Shown in pieces: positions 1 through 12,599 of a stretch of DNA of 64,000 nt. The notes beneath the pieces were generated by a model. The model worked only from the letters and a program-made list of their open reading frames with translations, was not told where the DNA came from and did not search any database. Numbering within the stretch: the stretch's first letter is position 1; every line of letters begins with the position of its first letter. The stretch comes from Amphiscolops sp. MND2022 (Eukaryota): contig OZ076409.1 of assembly GCA_964187785.1 (NCBI GenBank), positions 83,330,001 to 83,394,000 on the forward strand, given 5' to 3'. The translations under genes and the position numbers were made by a program.

Positions 1-1769
1 TGCCATAACGCCCGTAGGACCTGGATATCCCCAGACAGAGGGAGGAAGTGTCCAAGCACAGATATCTGTATCCTAGCACGATTTTGAGGAGAGGATGTCA
101 TGTAGTCTCTACCAGCCATAGCGTCGTCATAGAATGGTAGCTTAGTGCCAATGTCAACCAACTCGCTCTCAATGAAATGAGGTAGTTCTAATTGCAATTG
201 GTAATTAGTAAGAACTCTACCATCTCTTCCCCTGACTTGATATCGCAGCCGTTTGGTAAGAGGGTCTTCAATCGTGAGGTGTTCATACCTCCAACGCTGA
301 TCCTTTCGGAGATGACGTTCAGTCGAATAATGTCGCAAGATCTCTTTAGGACCCTTGGCTCGGATGGAAACGTTGCATTTGCAAATCTGGCAGTAGATTT
401 TGTGCTTGTTCCATCGAGGGTCAACTGGACCAGACACGAAAACTCTGGTCCATGGAATAGACTCAAAATACTCCTCCTTCATGACTCTACCAACTCTTCT
501 CCTGGGTCGTCCTTGTCCGCTAGTCTTGATTCGAGTAGCTACCCTTTTACACGTTTGCCTCTGCTCGTTTATTGCTTCTTTTCTTACTGCAGCAAGAGTT
601 TGTGTGCCAGGACTAGATATGGCTGGTGAATCTGTTCTAGACCCAAGGTCTACAAGACCGGCATCTCCTAACGTAGGCGGTGTTGGTAAAGTAACGCTTG
701 ACTGGAAGTCTGGGTGCGATTCTGCCTCACTTGTGAACCCAATGCTCGAGTTGTCCCTATGGGGGTCAAACGTAATGGCAGATACACTTCCGACATCCGT
801 GTCAGTATCTATCCCAGAGACAGAACGAGTAGGACGATGAGCCCTAGTCTTAGTATTGCTGCCCAAATTCAGCCTGATCGCCCGCTGAACAACACTGTTT
901 AACATCTCAAACGAAGCCCTTGCACTCTCGTCAGCAACGATCCTGAGGATGCTGGTAATCTGTTCCTGATTGAACGCGGCGACGGGATGTCCAGGATCAA
1001 GGCAAATTGGATTGGTCTCAGTAAAACACTGTTTTATTATGACCCTACTAGTAGCAGATAATGGGTTTGGGCCTGGATCCTTTCGTACCTCCGAAGGTAC
1101 GGTCTCACTGCTAGAGCCTCCGGGACAAGCGATGTTTTGGACCTCAGCAGGGCGATAGAGGGCTTGAGCAAGAGTAGATCGCGCCAATGAACCTGTGTCA
1201 GTTTCCATTCCAAAACAAGTATCTTCGTCAGTTTGGGACCGGTAGTCCATGGGGACTTGGTTGAACAGCTGTTCATCATGCGAAATATTCTCGGCTGTTT
1301 CTTCCTCCGCTTGTTCCTGTTGAACGACTGTACTGGCAATGGAGACAACTCCTACACCTTGGTCTGGGCCAACCAGCTCGTCCTGTCCCTCAGGGGTTGT
1401 TACTGCAGGGGTGCTTTTCTCGTCAGGCTTGTCTAAAAACACAACTCTAGGGACACCTTCAGGCACTTCTTCATTGGGAAGTAATTCATTCAATCCAGGA
1501 GTGACTGCAAGTGGGTCACTTGTACTGGCTTTGACTTCGTCAGGAGATTCATTGTTTGGGTTTGTGGCAGTAGGCTCGACATTGGCCAATAGTTCAACAG
1601 TCCGACTGATATATGCTTCACAACTTTCCGTATCAGTGGTTGATGACAGTTCAACCAATGACCTTTTCTCCGTTGGTACTTCTGTGACCTCGGGTTCCGG
1701 TGCCTTAGCGGCTTGAGGAGTATCGACTTCCATAATCTCAGTAGCGTCTTGACTAGGTTGGCCGTCCAT
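1..1769 (-). pseudogene. Decayed gene of unknown, probably transposon-related, family with a C2H2/BED-like zinc finger; runs off the window start
   Basis: Manual translation gives an ATG at 1769 (MDGQPSQDATEIMEVD...) with a stop and frameshifts in the 5' part. An uninterrupted frame then runs from ~1160 to position 1 and contains FVSGP...YCQICKCNVSIRAKGPKEILRHYSTERH. It is absent from the ORF track, probably because it has no stop within the window. The plus-strand ORFs here are its shadows. Confidence 0.6.
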
Positions 1770-3111
1770 TTCTGTGTCTAAACGGAAAGAAATAAATTTT
1801 CGCGATCCACTTCCGCTAAAGAAATCCATCTTATCGCGTTAGAGAGTCTTTCGAAAGCAAGTTAATTTTATGTTCACGCTTACGGCTGAATATGTCACGA
1901 TGGAGGAAGTGACCTTAAGTCAATGGAAAGCCCTGATCAAGCTCAAAATTGACAAACCATTTCAAAAGAACAAACCTGATGTTTGTCCAAATTGACACGC
2001 AGAATTTGAAAGTCAGGCTACAGCTGCAATGTTGGAAGATTGATGCTTGCGTCACACAGGTGAACTTGTTGAAATGCAACAGAACTGGAATATCTAGCTC
2101 AAAGGCAATATGTGAACTCAGGTCGAAGTAGGTCGGACAGACTAATAGTCTAAAGATTATCAATCTGCGGGCGATACTGCTACAAAGACGGGAGTAACCC
2201 AAATTGGCTTGGTAAAATGTGAATTAAAGATTAATGACAATTCAAACGTGGAAATGGGGAGCTGATTTGTTGCACTTTAATTCAAACAATAGAAGACTCA
2301 CTACTGCGAAACACTGGTTTACAGTGGTTTACGTTGAACGGACTAGTAGTCAATATACACAATGCTTACTTATCACTACCACTTTCGACTGTCAAGACGG
2401 TTAATTACATAATTATTATTCCATTATGAATTAAAGGACGTCGTGGCTACATGTACGCTAACTTCCCTACTTATCTGATATCAATTAAAACTGCGTCATT
2501 ATTGTGATATGAAGTGTTACCGAACCTGCCAGAGAAGTACACTTTCTATTTGATTAGATTATAGTCCTTATTTATTTGTTACCATCTACCACCTTTAGTA
2601 CATCATTTTGCCACTATTTTCAAATTAGTTTCATCATTTTCCATTATTTCACTCAGCCATTCAAAATTTTCATTCAGGAAATTCACTCATTTACCACTAG
2701 AATTTAATTGGCTAGCAGGTCGCCATTTGTTGAGGCGGACCGGTAGTCTTTGATGACTGGATATTAGTGTTAATAAACACTTTCGCTAGTAATTAACGAC
2801 ACCTAATTTATAACGGTAAACACTTGAAGAGGCCTCAAGGGCTATCAGAACGAGTGGCTACCATCACGCTAGGAGTAATAAAGAGACAAAATTGAGAGGC
2901 AAAATTACGGAGGCTCCAGAAAAGGAAATGTTTGGGAATAGTTCTCCATTTAACCCGCCATTGATTTCCCCGCCGACTGAAAGGAAATCTCGCAAAAGGG
3001 TAAAAATCAAAGAATCATTCAACTCACAATTTTCATCAGATTCAGTCACTACCGATCACTTAACCTAGCAAAATAGCTAAAAAACTACTTCTCAATAGAC
3101 ACCTAGCCGAG

Positions 3112-3917
3112 ATGTCTTTGCAATTCTCTGTCGACGAGCTCATCCAACCACTGGTGAGCCTCTCATATCTGTCATCCGACGATGAAATGGAGGTGGATTG
3201 CCCGTTGTCTGAAACCGGAGAGAACCCAGACCGTGACAGCGACATTGAGGTAATCGCGTGTTACAGGGAAGCTCCAGTATCAATCCCCGAGAAAATGGGA
3301 GGACGTGGCATGACACTAGATTTATCCAGTTGTGCAAGCAGCGAATCTCAAGGTAGTACCTTTTGTAGTCAAGGATCTTACTTCAACTCTGAACCCAGCA
3401 GCGAGTTGATCGATCTAGTACTGGGATTACACCCACCGACGTGGACAGTCATCTAATAGCAGGATGCAGTAAACTAGAACCACTGCCGGAATCTCCTCAG
3501 TCGACGCCACCACATGAACGAGGTTATCGACCCGCCCCTGAGATGCCCCACTGGGGCCAAGAAGAAATCTATTGGCTTCCATATTCGCATATCACAGGAG
3601 TTGCGGTAAAGATGAGCGGACACTGTGGCGAACAGAACCTTGTACAACATGGAGACTGTTTGGTGTGTGGCAAATCGGCAGACATAATCCAAGAGGAGGT
3701 AACTTTCAACTACTTAGAAAAGACGCATCGGGCCGGAGAGTTATACGAGACAAGACAACGACGACGACACGCTTTTCAAGCCGGAATGCAGGCGGGCGCT
3801 TTCGTTCTCGTCCCCCGGGGACTGTCGCAGACTGCCGCCTGCGATGGAAACAATTACCAAGTAGCCCCAAATGAAGCCAACGGATTATACCTCCCTACTG
3901 GTGTGTTGCCACTTTAA
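3112..3917 (+). pseudogene. Frameshifted ORF of unknown function, divergent from the zinc-finger gene
   Basis: ORFs 3112-3456 and 3441-3917 overlap as if split by one frameshift. Acidic/Ser-rich N-terminus, then HC...HGDCLVCGK and a basic RQRRRH motif. Confidence 0.45.
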
Positions 3918-4574
3918 AGTATGGAGACTGCTAGTACATTTAAAACAACCCTTATTATTATGCTGTTCTTATGTACTGTTTTAACCAATTACTTATTAGC
4001 TTATGGACCTTAGGTCGACCTGTCTACAATAAACGTATAGTCAAATCATTACCTATCCGGAGCTAACATTGTACACTATATTAGTTTGATTATACATGTA
4101 TTATAGTATACTTTATCATGTAAACCAGTTAGTTGAAATTGGAATAGCAGTAGAAATGTAAACGATAAAGCAAACTGTACGATTAATTGGAAACGTGTTC
4201 AAATCGTAGTCAGCATTGGCTAACTTAGACGTGTGGTACATTAACCAATTAACCAATCATATTGCAGTGCTTTGTTCACCATTAGTCTCGCTTAGTTGCT
4301 TTGGACCGACAGTCCACTACATGTACGTGTTATTACTACTATGTAAATAATATAGTTTAGGACATCATGAAAGTGATGATTGGTAGGCTAACCGCCCCCC
4401 CCCCATTTAGTCGTTTGATGTGCTATTAGCCTTTGAGTCTATCAATTGTTGCTATTTTTAGCACTTAGCCCTACTTGCCCACAAAGAAGTGCTAATTTTA
4501 GATTTACGTCCGTTGCGTCATTGTGACGTCAGGACAAGATGCTATTTTGGGAAAGTGATGGCAACAATTTTGCG

Positions 4575-5403
4575 TGTCATACTATCCTAACTATATATAC
4601 ATGGACCACAGGTCACCGACAATCATTCGAGACGCTATACTCACACCAAAATCTCAATCAGTGATTATTTGCAATAATTTGTTCATTCTTGTACTCAACG
4701 TCCACCTGTACTTTGTCAGTGTTATTTCAAATAACGATATTAGTTCTTATTTATACGTTGTTCAGTTGTTGATAAAATTGCTACAAACAACAAATTATTG
4801 TTTGGGTCAACACCTTCTGAATGCCTTCCACAAGGAAACAGAAAGCTAAGGAAAAGCGAGCGAGGCAATCAGACGTATTGTCTGATCTTGAAAATATGAA
4901 TGTAATGTTGGGAAATTACCCAGAAAATCAATCAGACGTTGATCTGAATGAAAATGTAGAAGTGGACTCAAGGTCTAATGGGACAAGGACGGACATGGTC
5001 AGAAATTGTGAGGATTTTAGGACGTTATTAACTTCAGAAGATAGAAATAGATGTGAAATGACAATTGAAACTAATAGACTCATCTCTGAGGAAATATCTT
5101 ACCAAATGAATAGGAAAATAGATGAACTGAAAAGGAATTTGGACACACAAATTACAGAATCTAATAACTCAGCAATTCATGATTCGATCCTTCCCTCAAT
5201 CCAAAATTCATTGTCAGGACAAAATAGTGGGTTAGGGGCAAATGTGGACTCAAGGTCTAGTAGACTGAGCAGGAACACCGAAGGTAAAAAACAACAAAGT
5301 GTTTGGGAAAATACTAAATGTAGAGTACAATCAAATTCAAACAATCATCCCCAATCTAGAGATTGCTCATTAAGCTCATTAGAATGTAGTGATGATCATG
5401 ACA
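4575..5403 (+). mobile_element. LTR-like unit (829 bp) containing the 5' part of an ORF
   Basis: Perfect 6-bp inverted termini TGTCAT...ATGACA. ORF 4821-5408 runs to the right terminus and stops just outside it. No matching TSD was found. Confidence 0.5.
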
Positions 5404-5408
5404 GCTAG
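4821..5408 (+). CDS. Truncated retroelement ORF1/Gag N-terminal fragment (basic N-terminus, coiled-coil-like)
   Basis: 195-aa ATG ORF MPSTRKQKAKEKRARQSD... with the heptad-like segment EEISYQMNRKIDELKRNLDTQI. It ends at the LTR-like boundary. Confidence 0.45.
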   Translation: MPSTRKQKAKEKRARQSDVLSDLENMNVMLGNYPENQSDVDLNENVEVDSRSNGTRTDMVRNCEDFRTLLTSEDRNRCEMTIETNRLISEEISYQMNRKIDELKRNLDTQITESNNSAIHDSILPSIQNSLSGQNSGLGANVDSRSSRLSRNTEGKKQQSVWENTKCRVQSNSNNHPQSRDCSLSSLECSDDHDS

Positions 5409-5578
5409 TCAAACTAATTGAATGCTAGTTTTAGGCTCAAAATGAAGTTTTCAGAGGACTTTTTTCCTTCCTCATAACTATTGATTCAATTACAACGTCT
5501 ACAGTATCACTCTGATTTGGGATACTCCGAAAACCAAAAAAAAAGAGAAACTAAGGCTTTTGATTCAGCCTGCATTTC

Positions 5579-6604
5579 TGTCATGTTCGCAACTATTTTC
5601 ATCCAAACATATATGTAGTTATGACTGGAATAACCAGTCGTCAATACCATCTACATACATAAATTTTCCAATTAGACATTGTCAAATAATCAATTGCCAT
5701 GATGTATTAATTTTTAAATCCAATGGTCACATTAGTTCAAGATAATTATTGGATCTTTTCTGTTAATCCCCCCCACAGTAAGCGCATAAATTTTAATTCC
5801 CCACCACTGTCAGCGATGAGTTTCAGTTGCAGTTAGAGTTATAAAATACTGCAATTTGATTGGTTGTTACTATTAATTCAGTGGTAATTTCACTTGACCG
5901 CTTAACTGGGGGGGATTAAATTGGTGGGGGGGGAATTAACAGAAAAGATCCTAATTATTCTCTACAAGATTTCAAACGTAACTTCAAATACGCAGTTTCC
6001 ATAACGACAGGAATGAGCAGTCTGATAATCCATCTCAAGGTAAGAAAATACTAAATGCGCTAATTCATATTCATGCCAATCAACAAATGCGTTATGATTG
6101 GTTGATGGTCAGTCACGTGACGGGACGCATAACCAGTATTGTGTTAAAACTTGTTTGACAAGTCATGAAGTTACAAGATTTTACCTTGAACACAAAAGGT
6201 TACCGAAGACACAGAACACTACCACAACTGCAAGTTGCTATCATCCAAATATTTTCATAAACGAACGTCACATATCGACATTAAATAGAAATTGAAATCA
6301 TTACAACTGGAATCTTTTATCATTTACAAGCAGTTCTGAGCAAATATGAAGGATATCTTTGATAATGACGAAACTACCAATCTTCCCGATTTTCCGTAAA
6401 ATGATACGAACGATGATATTGACAATGAATTTTCAAAATTACAAGAGAGCGGACACGAGAGAATTGAAAGACGATTCACTGACATGACATGTGAAATTGG
6501 CGAACTAACAAGTTTAGTAAAAACGCTAACCGAGATAATCTCCAATAGTAGAAAAGGGAACGACATCAACGTCCTATCTACTGCGACTAGCAATCGTTCA
6601 GACA
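5579..6604 (+). mobile_element. Probable solo LTR interrupted by a MITE
   Basis: TGTC...GACA termini flanked by ATTTC / ATATC (5-bp TSD with one mismatch). Confidence 0.45.
5751..5951. mobile_element. MITE, Merlin-like (GG...CC termini, 8-bp TSD)
   Basis: TIRs GGATCTTTTCTGTTAAT(C/T)CCCCC at both ends. Exact 8-bp TSD TAATTATT at 5743-5750 and 5952-5959. Confidence 0.85.
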
Positions 6605-8013
6605 ATATCAAAGACTTCCTTTTGAGTTCCACTCATTGGTAACGCAGGTTCAGAACTTCTCCACTTTCCGAAATTCTCAAAGCCAGGGAAAAACTTTTTT
6701 CGCTCCTCTTGATGGAACATTTCTCGTGGGTCTCGAGGTAGTTCATACGAATTTCACACTAACATCTATTATTCATCTGTGAATACTCAGTCTAGAAGTA
6801 CGCACGAAAATTCATCTCGGTTGGTTGAAGTAAAGGAGTGTCATGCGAAGGGGCGGCTCAGGGCGGCTGGAGACATTGGAGAATCTAAGACAGGCAGAAG
6901 TGTCTTGCATAGCTTGATTCTATGGTTCAGAGTCTCCCTAGGCTGAGCGTAATATAGGATTTGGAGGACCAGTCTGAATCCTAACTGTCCGATTGTTCCT
7001 CATCGCAATTGCTTGATATGTAAATTATCGAATCCGGAGATGAACTGGAACTTTGTTCTTCCATGTCGAATAGTCTTCTAGCGAAATCGAATTTCTGCAT
7101 AATCAGTTTTTTAGCTACTTTTATGCTGTTAGTAGCAACTGTAACTTGTCAGAAATTTGATTGGAATGATTTTGTCGATTCTTCTTCCCCAACTCGAGTT
7201 AGGCTTTTCCCGGTATTTCCGAATTGGAGGCTAAAACTTTAGTCAATTGTCCTAAGTCTTCGTAGACTTTCCTGAATGGATTTCCGTCACTCGTGTGCGT
7301 CCTTTGAAATTCTGGTGTTTACCCCTCATCATCACCAACATCAGAAGAGGTGTGAATAGCATTCGAGTTGTTGTCATCAAATAAACTCGTCTCAAGTTGG
7401 TAATTAACAGCTCGCTTGAAGGCAATTAACGGCACGCGTCGCATAATTCTCACAAACTGGCTTTGACCAATCAAAATCGTTTTTCGTTAAAATGAAAAAT
7501 GAATGATAAAATGGCGAAAAATAATAATTCAAAGTAATCCAAAATGTAACTAATAAGTATCAATGGTAAACGGAACGAAACTGCAAACGAAACAGAGTAA
7601 AACCGGCTCTAACTAACTAATCTGTAAACAATGTAGATTATCTTGTACATTTCGCTGGCAGACTCTATGTACATTCATACTGAATTTGTAAGTAACAACG
7701 AAATATTAGTCTATTAATTTTCTTCTGCCACGAACTCCAACTTTATTTCCAATTGCTATTAATTCCTCCCGTATTACGTAAGGCTTCGTCACAGAGTGCG
7801 GGACAGCGACTGCTTACTGAATCTGACACAGAGGGTCATGCCATAGATCCTTTGGATGCTAGTAAGTGTGATTTGTGTTTGTTGTTTCTGCGTTCTCTAT
7901 TTGGGAGTAGTTTGCTGTATTCAGTGGGGGTAGTTGTTGTTTTGTAAAGTCATTTTCAGTTTCGTTTAAGGGTATAATTTGACTGTTCTAGAAATTGAGG
8001 GATTCCACGTCGG

Positions 8014-10827
8014 TTGGAGTCAATTCAGGAGGGAGCCTCTCACGGACGGAAGCGGACTTACAGTCCACGCAATCGGTTGCGACGCGACATGGTTACTGGA
8101 CACCCCATATTTGAAATGTTCGTTAGTGGGCCCAGCACAGGGTCTGATAAGGCCTTCCACTGCATCATTTGCCAGCGAGATGTGTCTATGGAGTCACGGG
8201 GTGCTGCAGAGTTCTCTCGTCACTTCTTTGGCAAACGACACTAGCTACTCGACATAACCTATCGGGTACAGAATGACATGCCTGTGAAGCTCAGCTTGCA
8301 GCGTATCGCGACCGACCCACTAAGGGTAAAAGTGAAGGATTCAGCTTCCCCGAGGAACTGTTGCCAGCGTGCACGCAAGTCAACTCGAGTGTGCCCTTAA
8401 TGACGATGGTCGATTGCCTGATTGAACTGTTGCGTTCGGGAGGAAGTTGTAGTCTCTTGCGGAGATTGTGGGGAAGTTTTCGGGCGACTTTGGGCCGTGA
8501 GAAGCCCCTCTACAGTTTCAATTGGAGTCGCGCTGAGTCGTTGATTAGTATCTGGTTTTATGTTTTTCTCCATTTCCACGTTTTAATTTGTGGTCGTTGT
8601 TTATGGGTTTTGAGCCGTGCCATCTTTGTTTCAGCGGTTATACTGTGGGCTATTCTGGTTTGTGTTTTAGTCGTTGATTTGCCGTGCGCTCTTCCCACGG
8701 GCATTGCGTTTGCTCATCGCTCGGATAGGCGCGTTCCGTGAATACAGCGTGTTCTTTGTGGAGGATGAAAAGGTCCAGAAATGTTTTGTGCAGACGTGGG
8801 ACGACCACAGTTTCATGAGCGTCTGTATCAGGATAGAGCCTTTGGGGCAGCTTGTTCCAAAAGCGGAATTGTCTGGGCTGTCTCGTATCATCGACAGTAC
8901 GACGTCATGCCAGTTGCCTCTCTCTTGTCACAGGGGCAGTCCTACGCTCTTACGTGTCCTCAGTGACAACCGGGTTGACGGTCATAGCTTCATCGTGTTC
9001 CGGGAGTTCAGCGTGGACGTGTTCTTGCACTGTTTTCGCTTAGCTTATCAGCAGGTGTTTGGTGGTTTGGAAGTGACCACTATGATTGACTTCCTGGTTC
9101 TGCGGTCGCGGGGTGCTCTGCAAGAGCCCTGGCTCGAAGATGTGTCTGTACTGCGTCGGAGTGTGACTACTGGACGTGTTCCCTTTGATGACTTGTATGG
9201 TGTGGTGAGAGACTTGCTTTCCGTGTGAGGTCCAGTGCCAAAATTCATCAGAGACAGTGCGCTATGTCTACAGGTCATATCAGGACTGAAGCTGGCAGGG
9301 TAAGCTATTTTGTTGGTGTTTTTTGATAAAATGATGAATTGCTTCTGTGCCTTTTTCTTTTTGTTTTTTTTGTGGGGTAAGGTAGGCGTTGTAGTGTCTT
9401 GTAGTAACGAATGGCTTTTTACAGATGCGAGGTACTGACTGGGCTGTGTATCTTGACAGTGTTGGCGAACTACTATTGGGTCTCCTTTTGCACGTCTTAG
9501 AGCTTTGTAAGTTCCGTTTTTATTTTTGGGTTGTTGTGTCAGCTATTACAGGTTGTGGGTTTCGGCATGTTGGTTCATGAATATGGGTTTGTGGGTCTTG
9601 TGTTTAGATCATTGTTCTTTCAAGGAGCCGTTGTCCAGAAGTGCGGATTACAGTTTCCATTTCTATTTGGAAGTATGTCAGTTTGTCTACTGCCTCCTGT
9701 CCCGTACGCGGCAAATTGGTTCTCTTCCTGATCTGAGCGATTGGAAAGAATACATGGATGTGGAGAAAATTGACGAGTTTGAGCGTATTTCCTCTGGTGA
9801 CTACCTGCGTAATCATCCGTTTGGGTCGACTTTGCAGAGCCGTAATGATGGAAGTCGACGGACTTTCCTGTGAGCAGTGTCGAAGGTTTATAGACCGACT
9901 AGTGGACGCAATTCAGGCACAGCAACCCGTAACTGGAGAGTTCTCCCAAGGACTCTATGCCTTCTGTTCGGAATTGTAGGTTGAAGGGGATGATTGCCAT
10001 ATGTTGGATCTTTTTTGCAAATTGATCCGTGTATTAGAGTCAAGTGGTTGCGTCTCGTCATCTGAGTCAAGGATTGTTGAGGAGTACTCGGCTACTCGAC
10101 TTTTGTTGTGGATGCTCGGAGGCGACACGGGAGTTGTGGCGCTAGTGCAGAGGATTTTGCCGATGTTAGGCATTACTTGCTGTCAGATTGCAGTTACTTG
10201 TCGCGCAAGACTTTGAGTCGTTTCTTCCGGTTGTGTTGTCTGGTGGCGCTGAAACCCAGTGTTGATTACCCTTTTGTAGATATTGATTTGACGAACTGTC
10301 AGGTATCTGAGTGGGTGATAGCTGCATGTGTGAGTGGGGTGCAAAGTAGTGATTCAGGTGCTGACTTCAAACTGGGCTCGTTTTTTACCAAACTGACGAT
10401 GAAGGAAGTTCCTGATTTGATTGATGCTTCACGGTCGTTTATGTCAAATGCTGGCTTCGATCCATGGGCCAGGCTCCATTTGAAATGGAGGTCAGGCTGC
10501 CTTTGTGAAGCGCTGATCTCAGCAGTCACTGATCTCAGCAGTCCTTTGTTCTTGATGCAGCTAGTCATGCTTTGCGTTCTGGTGGCGATGATGAGTCTTC
10601 CGCAGCGGTCCTGTCAGACAGTGTTACGTCAGTTATGTCCGCTCCTCCTGTGTCTAGATCGAGTGGTTCTTTCAGACAGAGTAAAACACTGGTCCACAGC
10701 AGCTTGGACGGAAGAAGGATGCGTCACGTGGTGGTGTCAAGTTGTGAAGAAATCTGAGAAAGAATCTAAAAAAGGAACTAAAAGGTCTGCCAGCAAGAGT
10801 GGTGATTCTAGTTCGAAGAAAAACTAA
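8014..10827 (+). pseudogene. Decayed, intron-containing zinc-finger gene related to the one at 1-1769
   Basis: FVSGP...FHCIICQRDVSMESRGAAEFSRHFFGKRH motif, then a series of same-strand ORF fragments separated by stops. T/G-rich introns with GTAAGC (9300)...TTTTACAG (9424) and GTAAGT (9507)...TGTTTAG (9607). Lys/Ser-rich C-terminus. Confidence 0.55.
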
Positions 10828-11029
10828 ACTCCAGTTATGAACAAGTTGCAAACATTGTCGTAGTAAAGATGTGTTTTTTGTTTGTTATTGTGTTCGCATG
10901 GTTGATTGTGAATCATCAGTAAAAGATGAGCAAAAACGTAAATCAAAAAGGCGTCAGTCAGAGTAAAAAAAATAAGCGCACTTCCAGGTCTTAGTATGCC
11001 TATAATTGGAAATTGTCAGGCCTGTTCGG

Positions 11030-11978
11030 TCTGGACTCCAAATAGCTTCTTGTCTTATTGAGTCACAGTCATAACGTCAGGTCTTCTGAAGTCAAGATTA
11101 GCATTAGGCTTAGGACTAGGTCGCAAGTTATACTTTGCTGTTTTCCTTGGATTATATCCAACGACTGTAGGCTGTGATTTTTGGGGAATAGGTGGACTTT
11201 CAATTGGTGGGGGCGATGTATATATGGATTATTGCCCACGTCTGTGGTAAGATTTGCAAAATCTGATGACGATGATTTCACGTCATTCGTATCTCCGCTT
11301 TGATTCACTGTTTCCTTTTGCATCGCTTTTTCGTTATTCGTGTCCAATATTTCTTGTGTTACAGATTGTTGGTTATTGTTTGCAAAATCTGACGTTTCGT
11401 GTTCGTCTGTTTGTTTTCCGAAATCCAATTCCCAAGAAACTGCATACCATTCATTGTGCAACACTCTGACGTCCGGGTCTGGGCGGTATTCGTTTGCTCG
11501 TACTGTGACGTCGGGTATACGTTGTTCTGGCACGTAGGGTTGTAAACGTATTCTGTGTAGTGTTTGTGTCATCTCGTGCCAATTTTCCATATCGTGCATT
11601 TTTTGTTTAAAAAATCTTTTATTACTTTATACGGTCCCATCCAGATGCAATCTTGAAATGCGAATTTCGTCAATTGTTGTCGGCTTTCGGATTGAGAATA
11701 TAGCAGTAGTCATTTATTTTAGTCAGGGCTGCAGACGCTTTGCGGTCGTAAAATTTTTCGTATTTGAGATAAGACAGCATGATGTTGTCTTTTGCTGTCG
11801 CGCGCACGTCGTCAATTTGTTTTCGGAGTTGTTCTGCTATATCCGATTTGGGCGTAGTTTCCCACTGCTTTTTGATGCCCAATTTTAGATCAAAGACGTT
11901 GTAGGGTATTCGTCCATGGAATACCGTGGATGGTTTGCAGCCGAAAGTCTCGTCATCATTACGATACATATGCCGCAA
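11030..11978 (-). pseudogene. Ty3/gypsy integrase C-terminal fragment
   Basis: GCKPSTVFHGRIPYNVFDLKLG, YDRKASA, a WMGPYKV (GPY/F) motif and LHRIRLQPY. A terminal YNLRPSP lies in a shifted frame. Confidence 0.8.
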
Positions 11979-12599
11979 AAGTGGATTTTATCATCTAGTG
12001 TAATGTGTATTTTCCGTAAAACGAGAACGAACCGTATTCTAGTCAAAGAGTGCAATGTGTTCATCGCGAATTTTGATGCACAGTGTAATCAGAAATTGCG
12101 GATTGTGATCATTGAGCGTAATTAGAGAAAAGTGGAAACCAGTCAAGAATGTTCAACATGCAATTGACTCAATTCCGTAATGTGTGTGAAGCGTAAATTA
12201 GTTAATCGTTGACTAGAATTCACTTTTTGAGTACTTAGAAATATCATTCATTGAAAACGGGGAAAGTGATCAAAGTTTGACTACTTTACACCAACCAAAC
12301 AATACATCCTATTGCTTTCCTAATTAACAAAAACTCTTCACATTTATGCTGCAGTCGGTATTAGTTTGACTGTTTCACACTATTGACTTTGACTGGGGTA
12401 CACTAATTTGACTAAATTACATAATTACATGCGTGAAATCACAAGGGTAGTCATGAGAACCGAAAAGAGCCATAATGTAATGTGTATTTTATATACAAAT
12501 ATTGTAAAATGATAGAGTGTAAAATGACGAGTGTTTAGAGGCCAAAAATGCATCGCTTTTACATCTGTTGTTTCAAATTGGAATTTTTCATCAAGAAAG

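Noticed and set aside
192..1716. Plus-strand ORFs of 60-146 aa
   Set aside because: Antisense shadows of the minus-strand zinc-finger gene.
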